A stretch of DNA of 64,000 nucleotides from Candidatus Woesearchaeota archaeon (lineage in GTDB: Archaea > Nanobdellota > Nanobdellia > Woesearchaeales > UBA9989): assembly GCA_013329045.1 (NCBI GenBank), contig DUKZ01000015.1:159-64158 (forward strand), in the 5' to 3' direction. The notes under the pieces are model-generated. The model did not search any database and had not been told where the DNA came from. It saw only the letters and a program-made list of their open reading frames with translations. The number at the start of each line of letters is the position of its first letter. The first letter of the stretch is position 1. Positions 37,988 through 47,910 of this stretch are shown here, piece after piece. The position numbers and the translations under genes are program-made.

Positions 37988-38533
37988 TTAGCCAAACAGC
38001 ACCACCCCGAGCTCGGCCAAGTGCTTCTGCTGGATATCCTTGAGCATCGAGTCAAAGCTGCAATCGATACGAATAGACCCATCACTCGTCTCTGCTATAA
38101 TGCCACCGATGATGTCTGCTGTCTCAACGGCAAATTTTCCTAAAGCTTGGAGAGTTTTCTTGTCCTCCAATCGAACATAGACCGTTGCGACATCCAGCTC
38201 TTTTTGGCAATTCTTCACGAGGGCTTTGAGATATGGTTCCTGGCTTTTCTTCATTATCGACTCCTTTGCCTTCTCAAACACCTCATCGATGATGTCCTTC
38301 TTTGCAACAGAGAGGGCATTTCTCACCTGCACCTCAGCAGTCGAGAGCCCCTGCTTTTGCATCTCATCGACGGTATTCTTTATCTCTTCGTCTACTTTTT
38401 CCTTATACCCCGCGACGCGCTGGTCTACTTGTGAGAGCACTTCAGCTACTTCATCTTTGCCTTCCTTGATAATGCGGTCTGCTTCTTTCTTTGCTTCACT
38501 GAGCAGCTCTTTCTTTACTTCTTCGAGTCCCAT
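37988..38533 (-). CDS. atpE: A/V-type ATP synthase subunit E
   Basis: 181 aa, MGLEEVKKELLSEAKKEADRII... Confidence 0.85.
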   Translation of the reverse strand: MGLEEVKKELLSEAKKEADRIIKEGKDEVAEVLSQVDQRVAGYKEKVDEEIKNTVDEMQKQGLSTAEVQVRNALSVAKKDIIDEVFEKAKESIMKKSQEPYLKALVKNCQKELDVATVYVRLEDKKTLQALGKFAVETADIIGGIIAETSDGSIRIDCSFDSMLKDIQQKHLAELGVVLFG

Positions 38534-38557
38534 CTTATTCGTACCTGAAGAACGGCC

Positions 38558-38803
38558 TTATCCAGCCATTCCGATGATCAGGATTGCAACCACGAGCCCA
38601 AAGATAACAAGGGTTTCTGGAATGACTGTCAGGATCAATGCCTTACCAAAAAGGGATTCCTTTTCTGACATGGCACCGATTCCTGCGATACCAATTGCCT
38701 TTTCTGCCATTGCTGCTGCGAATGCAGTGCCAGCAATCGCGATTGATGCTGCCAATGCAATCACGCCTGTATTCAAATTTACTACTGCAACTTCTGCTGC
38801 CAT
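38558..38803 (-). CDS. atpK: A/V-type ATP synthase proteolipid subunit K (c)
   Basis: 81-aa two-helix proteolipid with the conserved Glu in TVIPETLVIFGLV. Confidence 0.85.
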   Translation of the reverse strand: MAAEVAVVNLNTGVIALAASIAIAGTAFAAAMAEKAIGIAGIGAMSEKESLFGKALILTVIPETLVIFGLVVAILIIGMAG

Positions 38804-38817
38804 TTTCTTTTACCTCC

Positions 38818-40647
38818 TTATGAGCCAAACGGTTCGTAGGGGACTCCCCCTCCTTCATAAAATCTTTTGAAGAACTCCACATAATGGAGCCTCAATGAGT
38901 GCAAAAACGGGCCAATAACCCCTAGTGCAATGTTTAATGCATGACCAAAGGCAAAAACAATAATTGCCATGATCCATCCAAGGATGGACCCTCCAGCAGT
39001 GAGCCCTGCCACAAGCTCATTTATGACAACAGCCAGGCCAACTGATGCGAGCCCAACAGCCATGAGTCTTGCGTATGAGAGCATATTGCTAAAGAGGCCG
39101 GGAATCTCAATGAGACCAAAGATACCCTCTGCCATGTAGATGGGAATTATTGAAAACGCAAAGAGTGCCCATCCGACAAGTGATGGAATGCCCCATCCTG
39201 GCCCTGCAAGGCCAAGAACCAAGCCTATCTCGAGCAGTATCCAGCTCAGACGCTCCTTGAATGCCGCTGCAAACCCATGATGATGCAAGAGGTTGATGAA
39301 CCCGATGATCAAAGATAAATTGATGTGAATCGCTCCCATGATGAGCGCGTAAAAAAGCACGAGGTGGATATTGTTGCCAAACAGCACGGTATGATCATGC
39401 AGCCTGCTGATAATGTGATAAGGCTCAAAGCCAAAAAACTCGCCGAACAAAAATCCAAACGCAATCGAGATGATGGCGCTGTATGTCAGGACGGAAAAGA
39501 TCGCCTTTCCTTCCGGCATCGTCTTTTTCAGGTACATAAATAACATGAGAAGGACGAGCCCATAACCCACATCGCCCAGCATATATCCAAAAAATAAAGG
39601 AAATGTCCAGAACATGAAGAATGAGGGATCAAGCTCATAATTCTTCGGTATGGTATAGAGATGGAGGAAAAATTCATAAGGCTGCCAGAGAGCAGGATTC
39701 CTCATCTCGGTTGGGACAGGGTCATGATGGCTGATCTTTTCCTCCCGGAGGAGAATGTTGCCATCAGTCCTTTTCATCAAGCCATCCCTGAGCCTTGGCA
39801 CCTGCTTTTTTGGGACAAAACCCTGGATGAGCGTGATGTTCTTTGTTGAAGCAAATTTCAGGGGGGCATCAGCTCTTTCAATCTCCCGCTTGAGGAAATG
39901 CTCATTGAATAGGATAAAATCCTGATATTCCTTTTTTGTTTTCTCAAGGAAAGAGGAAATCTGGGCGATCTTTGACTCCAGCAAGGTGAATTGAGACTGC
40001 ACCTTCTCAATCAATGTTGCGAGCTTGAGGCCATTTGGCCTTGGAACATCAATCTGGGAAAAAAGCAGGGATTTGAAAAGGCTCTCTACCTCAGCCTTTT
40101 TTTCCTTTCTAAAGAATACCGCGATGAGTTTTGTCTCCCTATCAATATCAACAACCTTCAATGCAGACTCTTTCTTTATAGCCGGCAGTGGCCCTTTGAA
40201 TGTCCCTACAAGAAAATCAATCTTCTTGTATTCAGAAAAGAAGGAGATATCCAGGCCGAGGCGCTCGATCATCCGCAATTTTTGAAGCTCTGCTGATATG
40301 CGTTCCTTTTCTCCTTCCAATGCCTCTTTCTCCTTGAGCTTGATGGTGAGCACTTCTGATAATTCACGGCAGGTTTTTCCAAGATTATAGAAATCTGTAT
40401 CCCCCTCCTTGAGCCTTGGCGGCTGCTGGGATAAGTCAATGTCCAGATACGAGGCAATCGACCGGATCTTGAGAATAATCTCAGATAACTGGGGAGCGTT
40501 TTGCAATGGCTTCCCAATATCCATCCCCTCCGCTGATTTTTCAAGGATATGCAATGCTTTGTGACGGTAAAGCTCCCTGATCACCGGTTCGAGCTGCTTT
40601 TTTGAGCAGAGCACTGAAACCTTTGCCATCTCAGTTGGCCTGAGCAT
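38818..40647 (-). CDS. atpI: A/V-type ATP synthase subunit I (a)
   Basis: 609 aa with an N-terminal soluble domain and a C-terminal membrane domain carrying LRLHYVEFFKRFYEG. Confidence 0.9.
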   Translation of the reverse strand: MLRPTEMAKVSVLCSKKQLEPVIRELYRHKALHILEKSAEGMDIGKPLQNAPQLSEIILKIRSIASYLDIDLSQQPPRLKEGDTDFYNLGKTCRELSEVLTIKLKEKEALEGEKERISAELQKLRMIERLGLDISFFSEYKKIDFLVGTFKGPLPAIKKESALKVVDIDRETKLIAVFFRKEKKAEVESLFKSLLFSQIDVPRPNGLKLATLIEKVQSQFTLLESKIAQISSFLEKTKKEYQDFILFNEHFLKREIERADAPLKFASTKNITLIQGFVPKKQVPRLRDGLMKRTDGNILLREEKISHHDPVPTEMRNPALWQPYEFFLHLYTIPKNYELDPSFFMFWTFPLFFGYMLGDVGYGLVLLMLFMYLKKTMPEGKAIFSVLTYSAIISIAFGFLFGEFFGFEPYHIISRLHDHTVLFGNNIHLVLFYALIMGAIHINLSLIIGFINLLHHHGFAAAFKERLSWILLEIGLVLGLAGPGWGIPSLVGWALFAFSIIPIYMAEGIFGLIEIPGLFSNMLSYARLMAVGLASVGLAVVINELVAGLTAGGSILGWIMAIIVFAFGHALNIALGVIGPFLHSLRLHYVEFFKRFYEGGGVPYEPFGS

Positions 40648-40960
40648 TCATCCCCTCCTCAAAGCGCTGGATGACAAGGTCAACTGCTTTTTTCTCCCGA
40701 AATTTGACTGCCTTTCTCATGGCAGAGATCTGCTCCTTTCCTTTTTCCAGGATTTCCTTTTGCTTCTTTTCAATCTCTTCCTGTTTCTTTTTTATCAGCT
40801 CATCACGCTTCTTTTCGATGAGAGCAATCTTCTCATCATAAGACTTGATGGACTCAGTCTTGCCTTTCTGGACAAGACGCTCTTTCTCCTTTTCAGCCAG
40901 GGCAATTTGCTCCTCAGCCTTCCTTTCCATCGCTTTTATGTCTTTGAGCAGTTCTTCCAT
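40631..40960 (-). CDS. atpH: A/V-type ATP synthase subunit H
   Basis: 109-aa K/E-rich coiled coil. First gene of the atpHIKECFABD operon. Confidence 0.7.
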   Translation of the reverse strand: MEELLKDIKAMERKAEEQIALAEKEKERLVQKGKTESIKSYDEKIALIEKKRDELIKKKQEEIEKKQKEILEKGKEQISAMRKAVKFREKKAVDLVIQRFEEGMNAQAN

Positions 40961-41236
40961 GTGTTACCCCTCTGGATCTGAGGTTTATTTGGGGGATAAA
41001 AGCATAAGGTAAGTAGTATATAGAAACTATTTGTTTTTCTGATGTGATTGGTTTAGAGGTATGGAAACCATTTACATTACATTTTTATATAAGTACGAAA
41101 CTCGTAATTCATATGGATCTCCATACTGCACTAGAAGTGATGAAATGGCTTTGTGTATTACTTATAGGAGTCATTGTAGGACGGGTATCCATCGCTGCGG
41201 AAATCGCAACAAAATATGACAAAATATGACAAAGAA

Positions 41237-42121
41237 CTAAGACAAATCGATCTCTTTTGTAATTGCCCAATCAATCAACACTTCAGAAATACCGATAAGG
41301 TACTGGCGGATGCGCTGTTTATCATACGTCTCGAGATCACTGACCTTCACCTGCTTTATCGCGAGCACTGACTTTATGAATTCTACTGCTTTCTCATAGG
41401 TCAAGGTATGCTCTGACTCTATTCCCTCCATAATGTCTTTGAGCTTCTCGATCCTTTGGGCAATCGCATGGAGAAATGAAGAATCTTCTTTCTTCAGATG
41501 GAGCAGGTGGTCTACGAGGCGCTCGATGTTTCTTGAAACCATGGAGATATAATAGAGGTTGATTGCCTTCATCTTCGAGAGGTGGGGCTCGGCCAATGCT
41601 GATATCATCGATTTATCGATCAATATCTTTGACCGGTCGATCTCTTCCTCATACCTTCCCATGAGCTCTGGCTCATAATTGTTCATCATTATATAGAGCA
41701 GGTTCTTCGTCTTTCTGATCATCGTCTTGAGCAAGGATGTGGGGTTTTCCACCTGAACATTGCCATCAGAGCTGATCTGCTTCTTGTCTATCTCTATTGT
41801 CTCGATGCTGATGAGGCGCTTTTGCTGGAGGAGCTTTGAAAAATCGAGCTCCTTTTTCAGATTGATCTTGAACTGGTAGAGAGGATTGACATAACAGGCC
41901 ATGAGAACTTTATGGACAATCTGCAGGTCATTTTCTGCCAGGTCAAACTCCTTGACCCGCTTCTTTTGCTCGACTACTTTTGGAGCGATAATCAGGTTTC
42001 CGGCATTATCCCTTGACAAGGAGACTTTAGAGTCTGAGGTAATGCCGTATTGCTTGCACCAGCTCGTTGGCAGATACAAATAGAACATGTTCCCTGTCCG
42101 TTGGACATTGCGTATTTCCAT
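41237..42121 (-). CDS. AbrB/SpoVT-like plus PhoU-like domain regulator
   Basis: N-terminal swapped-hairpin-like NMFYLYLPTSWCKQYGITSDSKVSLSRDNAGNLIIAPK, followed by two helical PhoU-like repeats. The start is taken at the internal Met MEIRNVQ. Confidence 0.5.
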   Translation of the reverse strand: MEIRNVQRTGNMFYLYLPTSWCKQYGITSDSKVSLSRDNAGNLIIAPKVVEQKKRVKEFDLAENDLQIVHKVLMACYVNPLYQFKINLKKELDFSKLLQQKRLISIETIEIDKKQISSDGNVQVENPTSLLKTMIRKTKNLLYIMMNNYEPELMGRYEEEIDRSKILIDKSMISALAEPHLSKMKAINLYYISMVSRNIERLVDHLLHLKKEDSSFLHAIAQRIEKLKDIMEGIESEHTLTYEKAVEFIKSVLAIKQVKVSDLETYDKQRIRQYLIGISEVLIDWAITKEIDLS

Positions 42122-42256
42122 ATATACCAAATAGGCAGTAAATAGATTCACTTTAAGAAACTTTTGTTCATAGACGAAATTCGGAATTGGTATGCCACAA
42201 CACGCTTATATACTACTTGTTAGTTGTTAATAAATGGGTAAGTTTATTAATCCTTT

Positions 42257-43045
42257 GTGATTCATGAATGTATGCTGATAATCAGTCAAGAAGAGATTTT
42301 GAGAGCAAAACAGAGGGCAGATAGCCTTGACAGCGTGATTGATCGGTTTCCTGAACATCCATCAGACCCATTGATTTGGACAGGAAGGAGATATAAACAA
42401 TTAAGATACGTGCGGAATAATTCTCCCTGCTTAAATATCGGCTTGAGCCAGCATATGAGTTCTAAAAACAGTCTCATTGCACGCGTTCTTACTTTTCTTG
42501 CACATTACACAGAAATAGTCCCACACACTACCAGCTGGCCTACATTTCTTGATCTTGGAAGTGGAGTTGGAGGAGTCAGCATTAATGTTGGAGCTGTGGG
42601 GTGGGATTCTTATGGCATCGAAAGCGAACACGAATTTCACCATCTTGCCCTGCATAATTTGTCTAGGGCATGGAACGCCAAACTTCTGGATGGGGTTGAT
42701 ATAGACTTTGCAGAAGGAAACTTTTTCCCTGAAGGATTTATGGTTTGCCGAGGACCCGACGATAAAAGTGACATGTTTGGTGAGTATTGCAGAGATGTTC
42801 CTAGAAATACTGGTTGTTATGAACAACTTGGCCTTTCCCCTGATGAGGTTGACGTGTTTTATCATTACCAGGTTGAACGGACTGATAATCTCCTTCGATT
42901 TCTTGCAGAATATGGGAAAGATGGCGCTTTCCTCTTGCTTACAAGATCTATGCCAGAAAAATATAAATTGCCACTAGGAATTCAAGAATTTGCATATTCA
43001 TCACCTCCTCCCACACTCCAGGTATTTCAAAAAGTACCTTTATAA
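42257..43045 (+). CDS. class I SAM-dependent methyltransferase
   Basis: Motif I FLDLGSGVGGVS. Confidence 0.6.
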   Translation: MIHECMLIISQEEILRAKQRADSLDSVIDRFPEHPSDPLIWTGRRYKQLRYVRNNSPCLNIGLSQHMSSKNSLIARVLTFLAHYTEIVPHTTSWPTFLDLGSGVGGVSINVGAVGWDSYGIESEHEFHHLALHNLSRAWNAKLLDGVDIDFAEGNFFPEGFMVCRGPDDKSDMFGEYCRDVPRNTGCYEQLGLSPDEVDVFYHYQVERTDNLLRFLAEYGKDGAFLLLTRSMPEKYKLPLGIQEFAYSSPPPTLQVFQKVPL

Positions 43046-43068
43046 ACATTGATCGATTCTAGAAATGC

Positions 43069-43758
43069 ATGAAAGTCATCTTCCTTGAGGCACCTTATGC
43101 CGGGGAAATATCACTCCCGGATGAAGTGATCAAACAACTCCCAAAAAGGATCGGCCTTGTTGCCAGCATCCAATTCAGAGGACAGCTTCCAGCAATCAAG
43201 AAACAGCTTGAAGCATCTGGAATGAGTGCACTTATCGGAAAAGGAAGGCAGCAGGCAGGGCAGGTGCTGGGGTGTGATTCCGGCTCTGCTAGCGTTGTGC
43301 AGGATGAGGTTGATGCATTCCTTTACATTGGTGATGGGGATTTCCATCCTCTTGGAGTATTGAACTCTGGAAAGGAAGTCTTCTGTTATAACCCAGTGCA
43401 ACAAAAAATCAGGAAGCTTGATCGATCGTATGCTGAAAGGCATGAAAAAAGAAAGCTTGTGGGCATTGCGACATTCTATGCGAGCGAGCATATCGGCATT
43501 ATTGTCACGACAAAGTCCGGCCAGCAGAACCTGAAAAAAGCTTTGGTGCTAAAAGAGAAAATTGAAAGAGAAGGGAAACAAGGTTATATCTTGCTCCAGC
43601 AGGATATCATGTTTTCGCAATTAGAGAATTTTCCGTTTATCCAGATGTTTGTGAATACTGCCTGTCCCCGCATGACTGATGATTATGAGAAGTTTCCAAA
43701 GCCGATGGTGAACATGGAATATCTTGGTGAACAATATGCATTCTTCAGATCACATTAA
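43069..43758 (+). CDS. dph2: Dph2-like diphthamide synthase (2-(3-amino-3-carboxypropyl)histidine synthase), lacking the N-terminal domain
   Basis: GQVLGCDSGSA, YIGDGDFHPLGV, TACPRMTDD and KFPKPMVN correspond to domains 2 and 3 of archaeal Dph2. About 100 N-terminal residues, which in characterised homologues carry the first Fe-S Cys, are absent. Stop codons lie upstream in frame. Confidence 0.6.
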   Translation: MKVIFLEAPYAGEISLPDEVIKQLPKRIGLVASIQFRGQLPAIKKQLEASGMSALIGKGRQQAGQVLGCDSGSASVVQDEVDAFLYIGDGDFHPLGVLNSGKEVFCYNPVQQKIRKLDRSYAERHEKRKLVGIATFYASEHIGIIVTTKSGQQNLKKALVLKEKIEREGKQGYILLQQDIMFSQLENFPFIQMFVNTACPRMTDDYEKFPKPMVNMEYLGEQYAFFRSH

Positions 43759-43845
43759 TACCCTCGACCTAAACATTTATAAAGCAATCCGGATTAATTC
43801 TCTTTAACTGAGACTAAGCCTGAGCTTAGAGCCTCGGAGGATACC

Positions 43846-44370
43846 ATGGCAGAATTTAAACTTGTGATTTCTGACCCGAAAACGGGAAGAAGCATGCAAA
43901 AGGTTGCACCGGAAGCGATTGCCAGCCAGCTCATCGGCAAAAAGATCGGCGATACCATCAAAGGAGAATTGTTCGATATGACCGGCGTTGAATTGCTCAT
44001 TACCGGGGGCAGCGATAATGCAGGATTTCCCATGCGAAAGGATGTTCGCGGAGGGGGAAGAAAAAAAATCCTTATTGTTGCTGGCGTTGGGGCACGCAAG
44101 AAAGCTGCTGGCCTTCGCCAACGAAAGACGGTCTCTGGGAATACAATTAGCTCTCGGACAGTCCAGATCAACCTGAAGGTTGTCAGCGGGGAAGGCAGGA
44201 TGGAAATACCGCTTGCTGAAGGAAAGAAAGACCCGAAGATGAACAAGGAAGAGAGAAGGAAAGCACATGCAGACAAAGAGAAAGCTGCTCAGAAAGAAGC
44301 TGCAGCAGCAGAGAAGAAAGCCAAAGAGGAAGAAGCTTCCAAGGCTGCAAGTGAGGAGAAAAAGGGATAA
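43846..44370 (+). CDS. rps6e: ribosomal protein S6e
   Basis: MAEFKLVISDPKTGRS...VELLITGGSDNAGFPMRKDV with a K/E/A-rich tail. Confidence 0.9.
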   Translation: MAEFKLVISDPKTGRSMQKVAPEAIASQLIGKKIGDTIKGELFDMTGVELLITGGSDNAGFPMRKDVRGGGRKKILIVAGVGARKKAAGLRQRKTVSGNTISSRTVQINLKVVSGEGRMEIPLAEGKKDPKMNKEERRKAHADKEKAAQKEAAAAEKKAKEEEASKAASEEKKG

Positions 44371-45633
44371 ATGCCAAAAAAAACCGCTCCTAAAGATGAA
44401 CTACCCCCCCAGCCAGAGATCAGCATCGGCCTTGTTGGACATGTTGACCACGGCAAGACAACGCTGACCGAAAGACTTTCTGGCAAATGGACCGATACGC
44501 ATTCTGAAGAAATCAAGTTTGGCATCACTATCAGGCTTGGGTATGCTGATGCTATCCTTCGAAAAATAGAAGGGGGAAAAGGCAGCAGCGCATACACTGT
44601 CAAGGAAAAAGATCCAGACACGGGCAAGCCAACCATTGCCTTGAAAAAAGTCAGCTTCGTTGATGCTCCAGGGCACGAATCACTCATGGCAACGATGCTC
44701 TCTGGAGCAAACATTATGGATTATGCGATCCTGCTTGTTTCTGCAGAAGAAGAATGCCCTCAACCACAAACAGAAGAACATTTGACTGCTCTCAAGATCA
44801 TAGGAGTGCCAAAAATCATTGTTGTCCAGAATAAGATTGATTTGGTTGGCAAAGAACAGGCGCTCAAGAACTATGGGGAGATCAAAGCATTCCTAAAAGA
44901 TACCCTGTATGCTGATGCGCCAATCATCCCCTTATCTGCACAGCATGGGGCAAATGTTGATGTGCTCATCGAAACGATCGTCGAAACATTCGTGACACCC
45001 AACCGCGACCCAAAAAAGGATCCATTAATGTTCGTTGCGCGGTCGTTTGATATCAACAAGCCTGGAACAAACATTCCTGACATGAAAGGAGGGGTGCTTG
45101 GCGGTTCCCTCAAACAGGGCGTGCTGAAAGTTGGCCAGGAGATTGAGATCAGGCCAGGGCTTCGGTTTGAAATAAAAAACCAGCGGGTCTATAAGCCCAT
45201 TGTCACCAAAGTAATCAGCCTCTTTACCGGCGGCGTTTCGGTAAAGGAAGTCCATCCTGGCGGCTCAATTGCAGTCATGACCACTCTTGATCCAGCATTA
45301 CTCAAATCCGACAGCCTTGGAGGATCAATTGTTGGGATCCCTGGAAAAATGCCACCTGTGTGGGACTCATTGAAACTCTCTGTCACCCTCCTAGAAAGGG
45401 TTGTTGGGTCAAAAGAAGACCAGGCAGTAGACCCAATCAGGAAAGGAGAGACCCTTATGCTCAATGTCAATTCTGCAGCAACGGTCGGGGTTGTGATGAA
45501 TTTAGATAAACATGGCACCTTGTGTGATCTCAAAAAACCGGTGTGTGCTGAAGAGGGGGGCAGGGTGACAATTTCTCGACGAATTGGAAATAGATTCAGG
45601 CTCATTGGGTATGGAACGATTGTGAAAAAGTAG
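44371..45633 (+). CDS. eif2g: translation initiation factor aIF-2 gamma
   Basis: G1 GHVDHGKTT and the zinc-knuckle region. Follows rps6e directly. Confidence 0.92.
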   Translation: MPKKTAPKDELPPQPEISIGLVGHVDHGKTTLTERLSGKWTDTHSEEIKFGITIRLGYADAILRKIEGGKGSSAYTVKEKDPDTGKPTIALKKVSFVDAPGHESLMATMLSGANIMDYAILLVSAEEECPQPQTEEHLTALKIIGVPKIIVVQNKIDLVGKEQALKNYGEIKAFLKDTLYADAPIIPLSAQHGANVDVLIETIVETFVTPNRDPKKDPLMFVARSFDINKPGTNIPDMKGGVLGGSLKQGVLKVGQEIEIRPGLRFEIKNQRVYKPIVTKVISLFTGGVSVKEVHPGGSIAVMTTLDPALLKSDSLGGSIVGIPGKMPPVWDSLKLSVTLLERVVGSKEDQAVDPIRKGETLMLNVNSAATVGVVMNLDKHGTLCDLKKPVCAEEGGRVTISRRIGNRFRLIGYGTIVKK

Positions 45634-45786
45634 AATGCTTAAAAGATTCTTATTGCGAGTTATGATGCAGTGGCACATCGCTGTCCAATCAAATGAGCTT
45701 TAGCAATACATCAAGGATAATCGTCAAGGGGCATCCTCACAAAAAAAGTAATAAAAATCGGAAGCTACTGGGTGTATTAATCTGAA

Positions 45787-46614
45787 TTATTCGTGCATCA
45801 TCTCCCTATAATACACTATATCTAACTCCATTCCTAATTCTCCTTCCAACCAATCAACAGCTTCATGCAATCCACCAACTTCATCAATGAGGCCTAATCT
45901 TAATGCTCCAACCCCACTAAATATCGTACCATCGGCTAATTTCAAAACATGATCTTCTGGTAGGTTCCTAAAAGTAGCAATCTCTCTAGCCATAATGTCA
46001 GTAGCTTTGATTAGATGGTTTTTCTTTTCTTTATAAATTTGTGTTCGTTCAAAACCTTCACAATCATCATAATACATTCTTTTGAACTCTGAAGAGGATA
46101 CATAACATTCTTTATAGTTTAGATCATCCTTAGTATATCCTATAATAGAAGTGTGGCCTATATCACCAATGTTTGATAATTCATTTGCGAAGATTCGCTC
46201 AGTTGCAGAAGCAATGTAATATCCAGCGGAGAGGGCTTGGTCCCTAACAACTGCTATTACTGGTTTTTTCATTTGACGTATTTGTTTGATAAGAATATCT
46301 GAACCAGCGCTACTACCACCATTGGAGTCAATATCTAAAATAAACGCTTTGATATTATCATCATTTTCGTAATGTTGTAATATGCCGATTAATTCTTCTG
46401 CTGAGACGCTAACGGCGTTCTTTCCTGAAGTATCCTTGTGATAAGAATTGGAATGCGCCGAATCAACTATTTCTCCGTGGATATCTATGATGAGAACAGA
46501 AGAAGCAGGTTTATCAGAGAGCTTATGAAATTGTATAAACAGTAATCCTATCGCTATCAAAACCAATTCGATGACGATTATATTCTTCAATAGAGTGTGT
46601 GCCTTATTCTTCAT
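45787..46614 (-). CDS. sppA: signal peptide peptidase SppA-like (S49 family), paralog 2
   Basis: N-terminal TM anchor and S49 core ...IAVVRDQALSAGYYIASATERIFA (catalytic Ser in SAGYY). Confidence 0.75.
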   Translation of the reverse strand: MKNKAHTLLKNIIVIELVLIAIGLLFIQFHKLSDKPASSVLIIDIHGEIVDSAHSNSYHKDTSGKNAVSVSAEELIGILQHYENDDNIKAFILDIDSNGGSSAGSDILIKQIRQMKKPVIAVVRDQALSAGYYIASATERIFANELSNIGDIGHTSIIGYTKDDLNYKECYVSSSEFKRMYYDDCEGFERTQIYKEKKNHLIKATDIMAREIATFRNLPEDHVLKLADGTIFSGVGALRLGLIDEVGGLHEAVDWLEGELGMELDIVYYREMMHE

Positions 46615-47447
46615 TTTTTGCCGGGAAGCATGTCCCGTAAGTATAGTATCTTTAAATGAGTGTTTAGTTCATCCTCCAACCATGCTACTGCATCATTGGT
46701 TGTACCCACCTCATCAATTAATCCTGATTTCAATGCTTCTTCACTGTTCATAATTTTGACATTCGATATGTTTTCTATAGATGACTCTGAGAGTCCCCTC
46801 ATCTCTGCGATATGAGAAACTAAAAGTTCATGTGACCCCGCTACTTGAGCCCTTAGTTTTTCAAAGATTATTGGATCAAATCCATTACAATCAGCTAAAC
46901 TAATGGTTTTATATGTTGATGAGGTGATAGTACATACTTGTTTCTGTCCCTTACGAGTCCTATCAACATACACAAAAGTTTTAGTTATCTCTCCAATCTG
47001 AGATGATTTCTTAGCATATATTTTGTCAGTGCTAGCGGCAACAAAATACCCTGAAGATAAAGCTTTATTTGTAATAACAGTAATGACTGGTTTATCCATT
47101 CTTTTGATGTATCTTGCAATTTCCTCTTTTCCTGCTGTCTGACCACCATAAGAATCAATTTCCAGGATAAAAGCCTTGATGCTGTCATCCTCAGAAAAAT
47201 ATTCTAGCATCCTTATGATATTCATCGAAGACGTTCCATTTGTTCTGTTTTGATCCCTCTCTTCATAGATTCCAAAAAAATTTGATGTAATAATCTCCCC
47301 ATCAATATTGATGACTAAAACTGCTGGAAACTTTTTCTTGGAACTAACTGGATTTTGTGGTGTTATCTGAGAATAAATTGCAAGAATCATTAAAAATTCA
47401 ATAATTGCGATCATTATAAAAATCCTAAGTTTCCATTCTGATTTCAT
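46611..47447 (-). CDS. sppA: signal peptide peptidase SppA-like (S49 family), paralog 1
   Basis: N-terminal TM anchor and ITVITNKALSSGYFVAASTDKIYA. Overlaps paralog 2 by 4 nt. Confidence 0.75.
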   Translation of the reverse strand: MKSEWKLRIFIMIAIIEFLMILAIYSQITPQNPVSSKKKFPAVLVINIDGEIITSNFFGIYEERDQNRTNGTSSMNIIRMLEYFSEDDSIKAFILEIDSYGGQTAGKEEIARYIKRMDKPVITVITNKALSSGYFVAASTDKIYAKKSSQIGEITKTFVYVDRTRKGQKQVCTITSSTYKTISLADCNGFDPIIFEKLRAQVAGSHELLVSHIAEMRGLSESSIENISNVKIMNSEEALKSGLIDEVGTTNDAVAWLEDELNTHLKILYLRDMLPGKK

Positions 47448-47899
47448 TTTATATTGTTTCTAATTTTGTGAGCCAGAAAGATTGAATAAAACAAAGAAGC
47501 TAATTTAAGTATTAATAAAATATATGGAAGGTACAAGAAAGAATTAATTTTGATGATATCAAAGAAGGCTGCTTCAAAAAGTATTGTCAATAGTAATAGT
47601 GCGATAGCACTTGAATTTATTGCAAAAGGTAACTGCAGTCTGAAGTCATATTTTTTGAAATACAAATAAAGAAGAGTGATGATTGAGAAGATTTCCAATG
47701 AAAACTCTACCAATAGCTCCAAAAGCATTACAGGAAGAGGAGCCCAGAATTCCTCATTAATGATTATGATGTGAATCTGAATCAATATTTGTAGTAATAT
47801 ACCCGCTGTAAGAACCATCAGTAATGTATAAGCCAAGTTTTTATTTTCAATAGATGAAACATCTGCTAGATCCTTATATAGATTCTTAATTGAGATCAT
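47444..47899 (-). CDS. small polytopic membrane protein (candidate immunity protein)
   Basis: 151 aa, four TM helices, very AT-rich. Lies between the toxin-like gene and the SppA pair with 4-nt overlaps. Confidence 0.4.
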   Translation of the reverse strand: MISIKNLYKDLADVSSIENKNLAYTLLMVLTAGILLQILIQIHIIIINEEFWAPLPVMLLELLVEFSLEIFSIITLLYLYFKKYDFRLQLPFAINSSAIALLLLTILFEAAFFDIIKINSFLYLPYILLILKLASLFYSIFLAHKIRNNIK

Positions 47900-47910
47900 T
47901 TTTATTTCCG

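Noticed and set aside
44289-44714. 141-aa minus-strand ORF and similar ORFs overlapping rps6e and eif2g
   Set aside because: Antisense to well-supported translation-factor genes.
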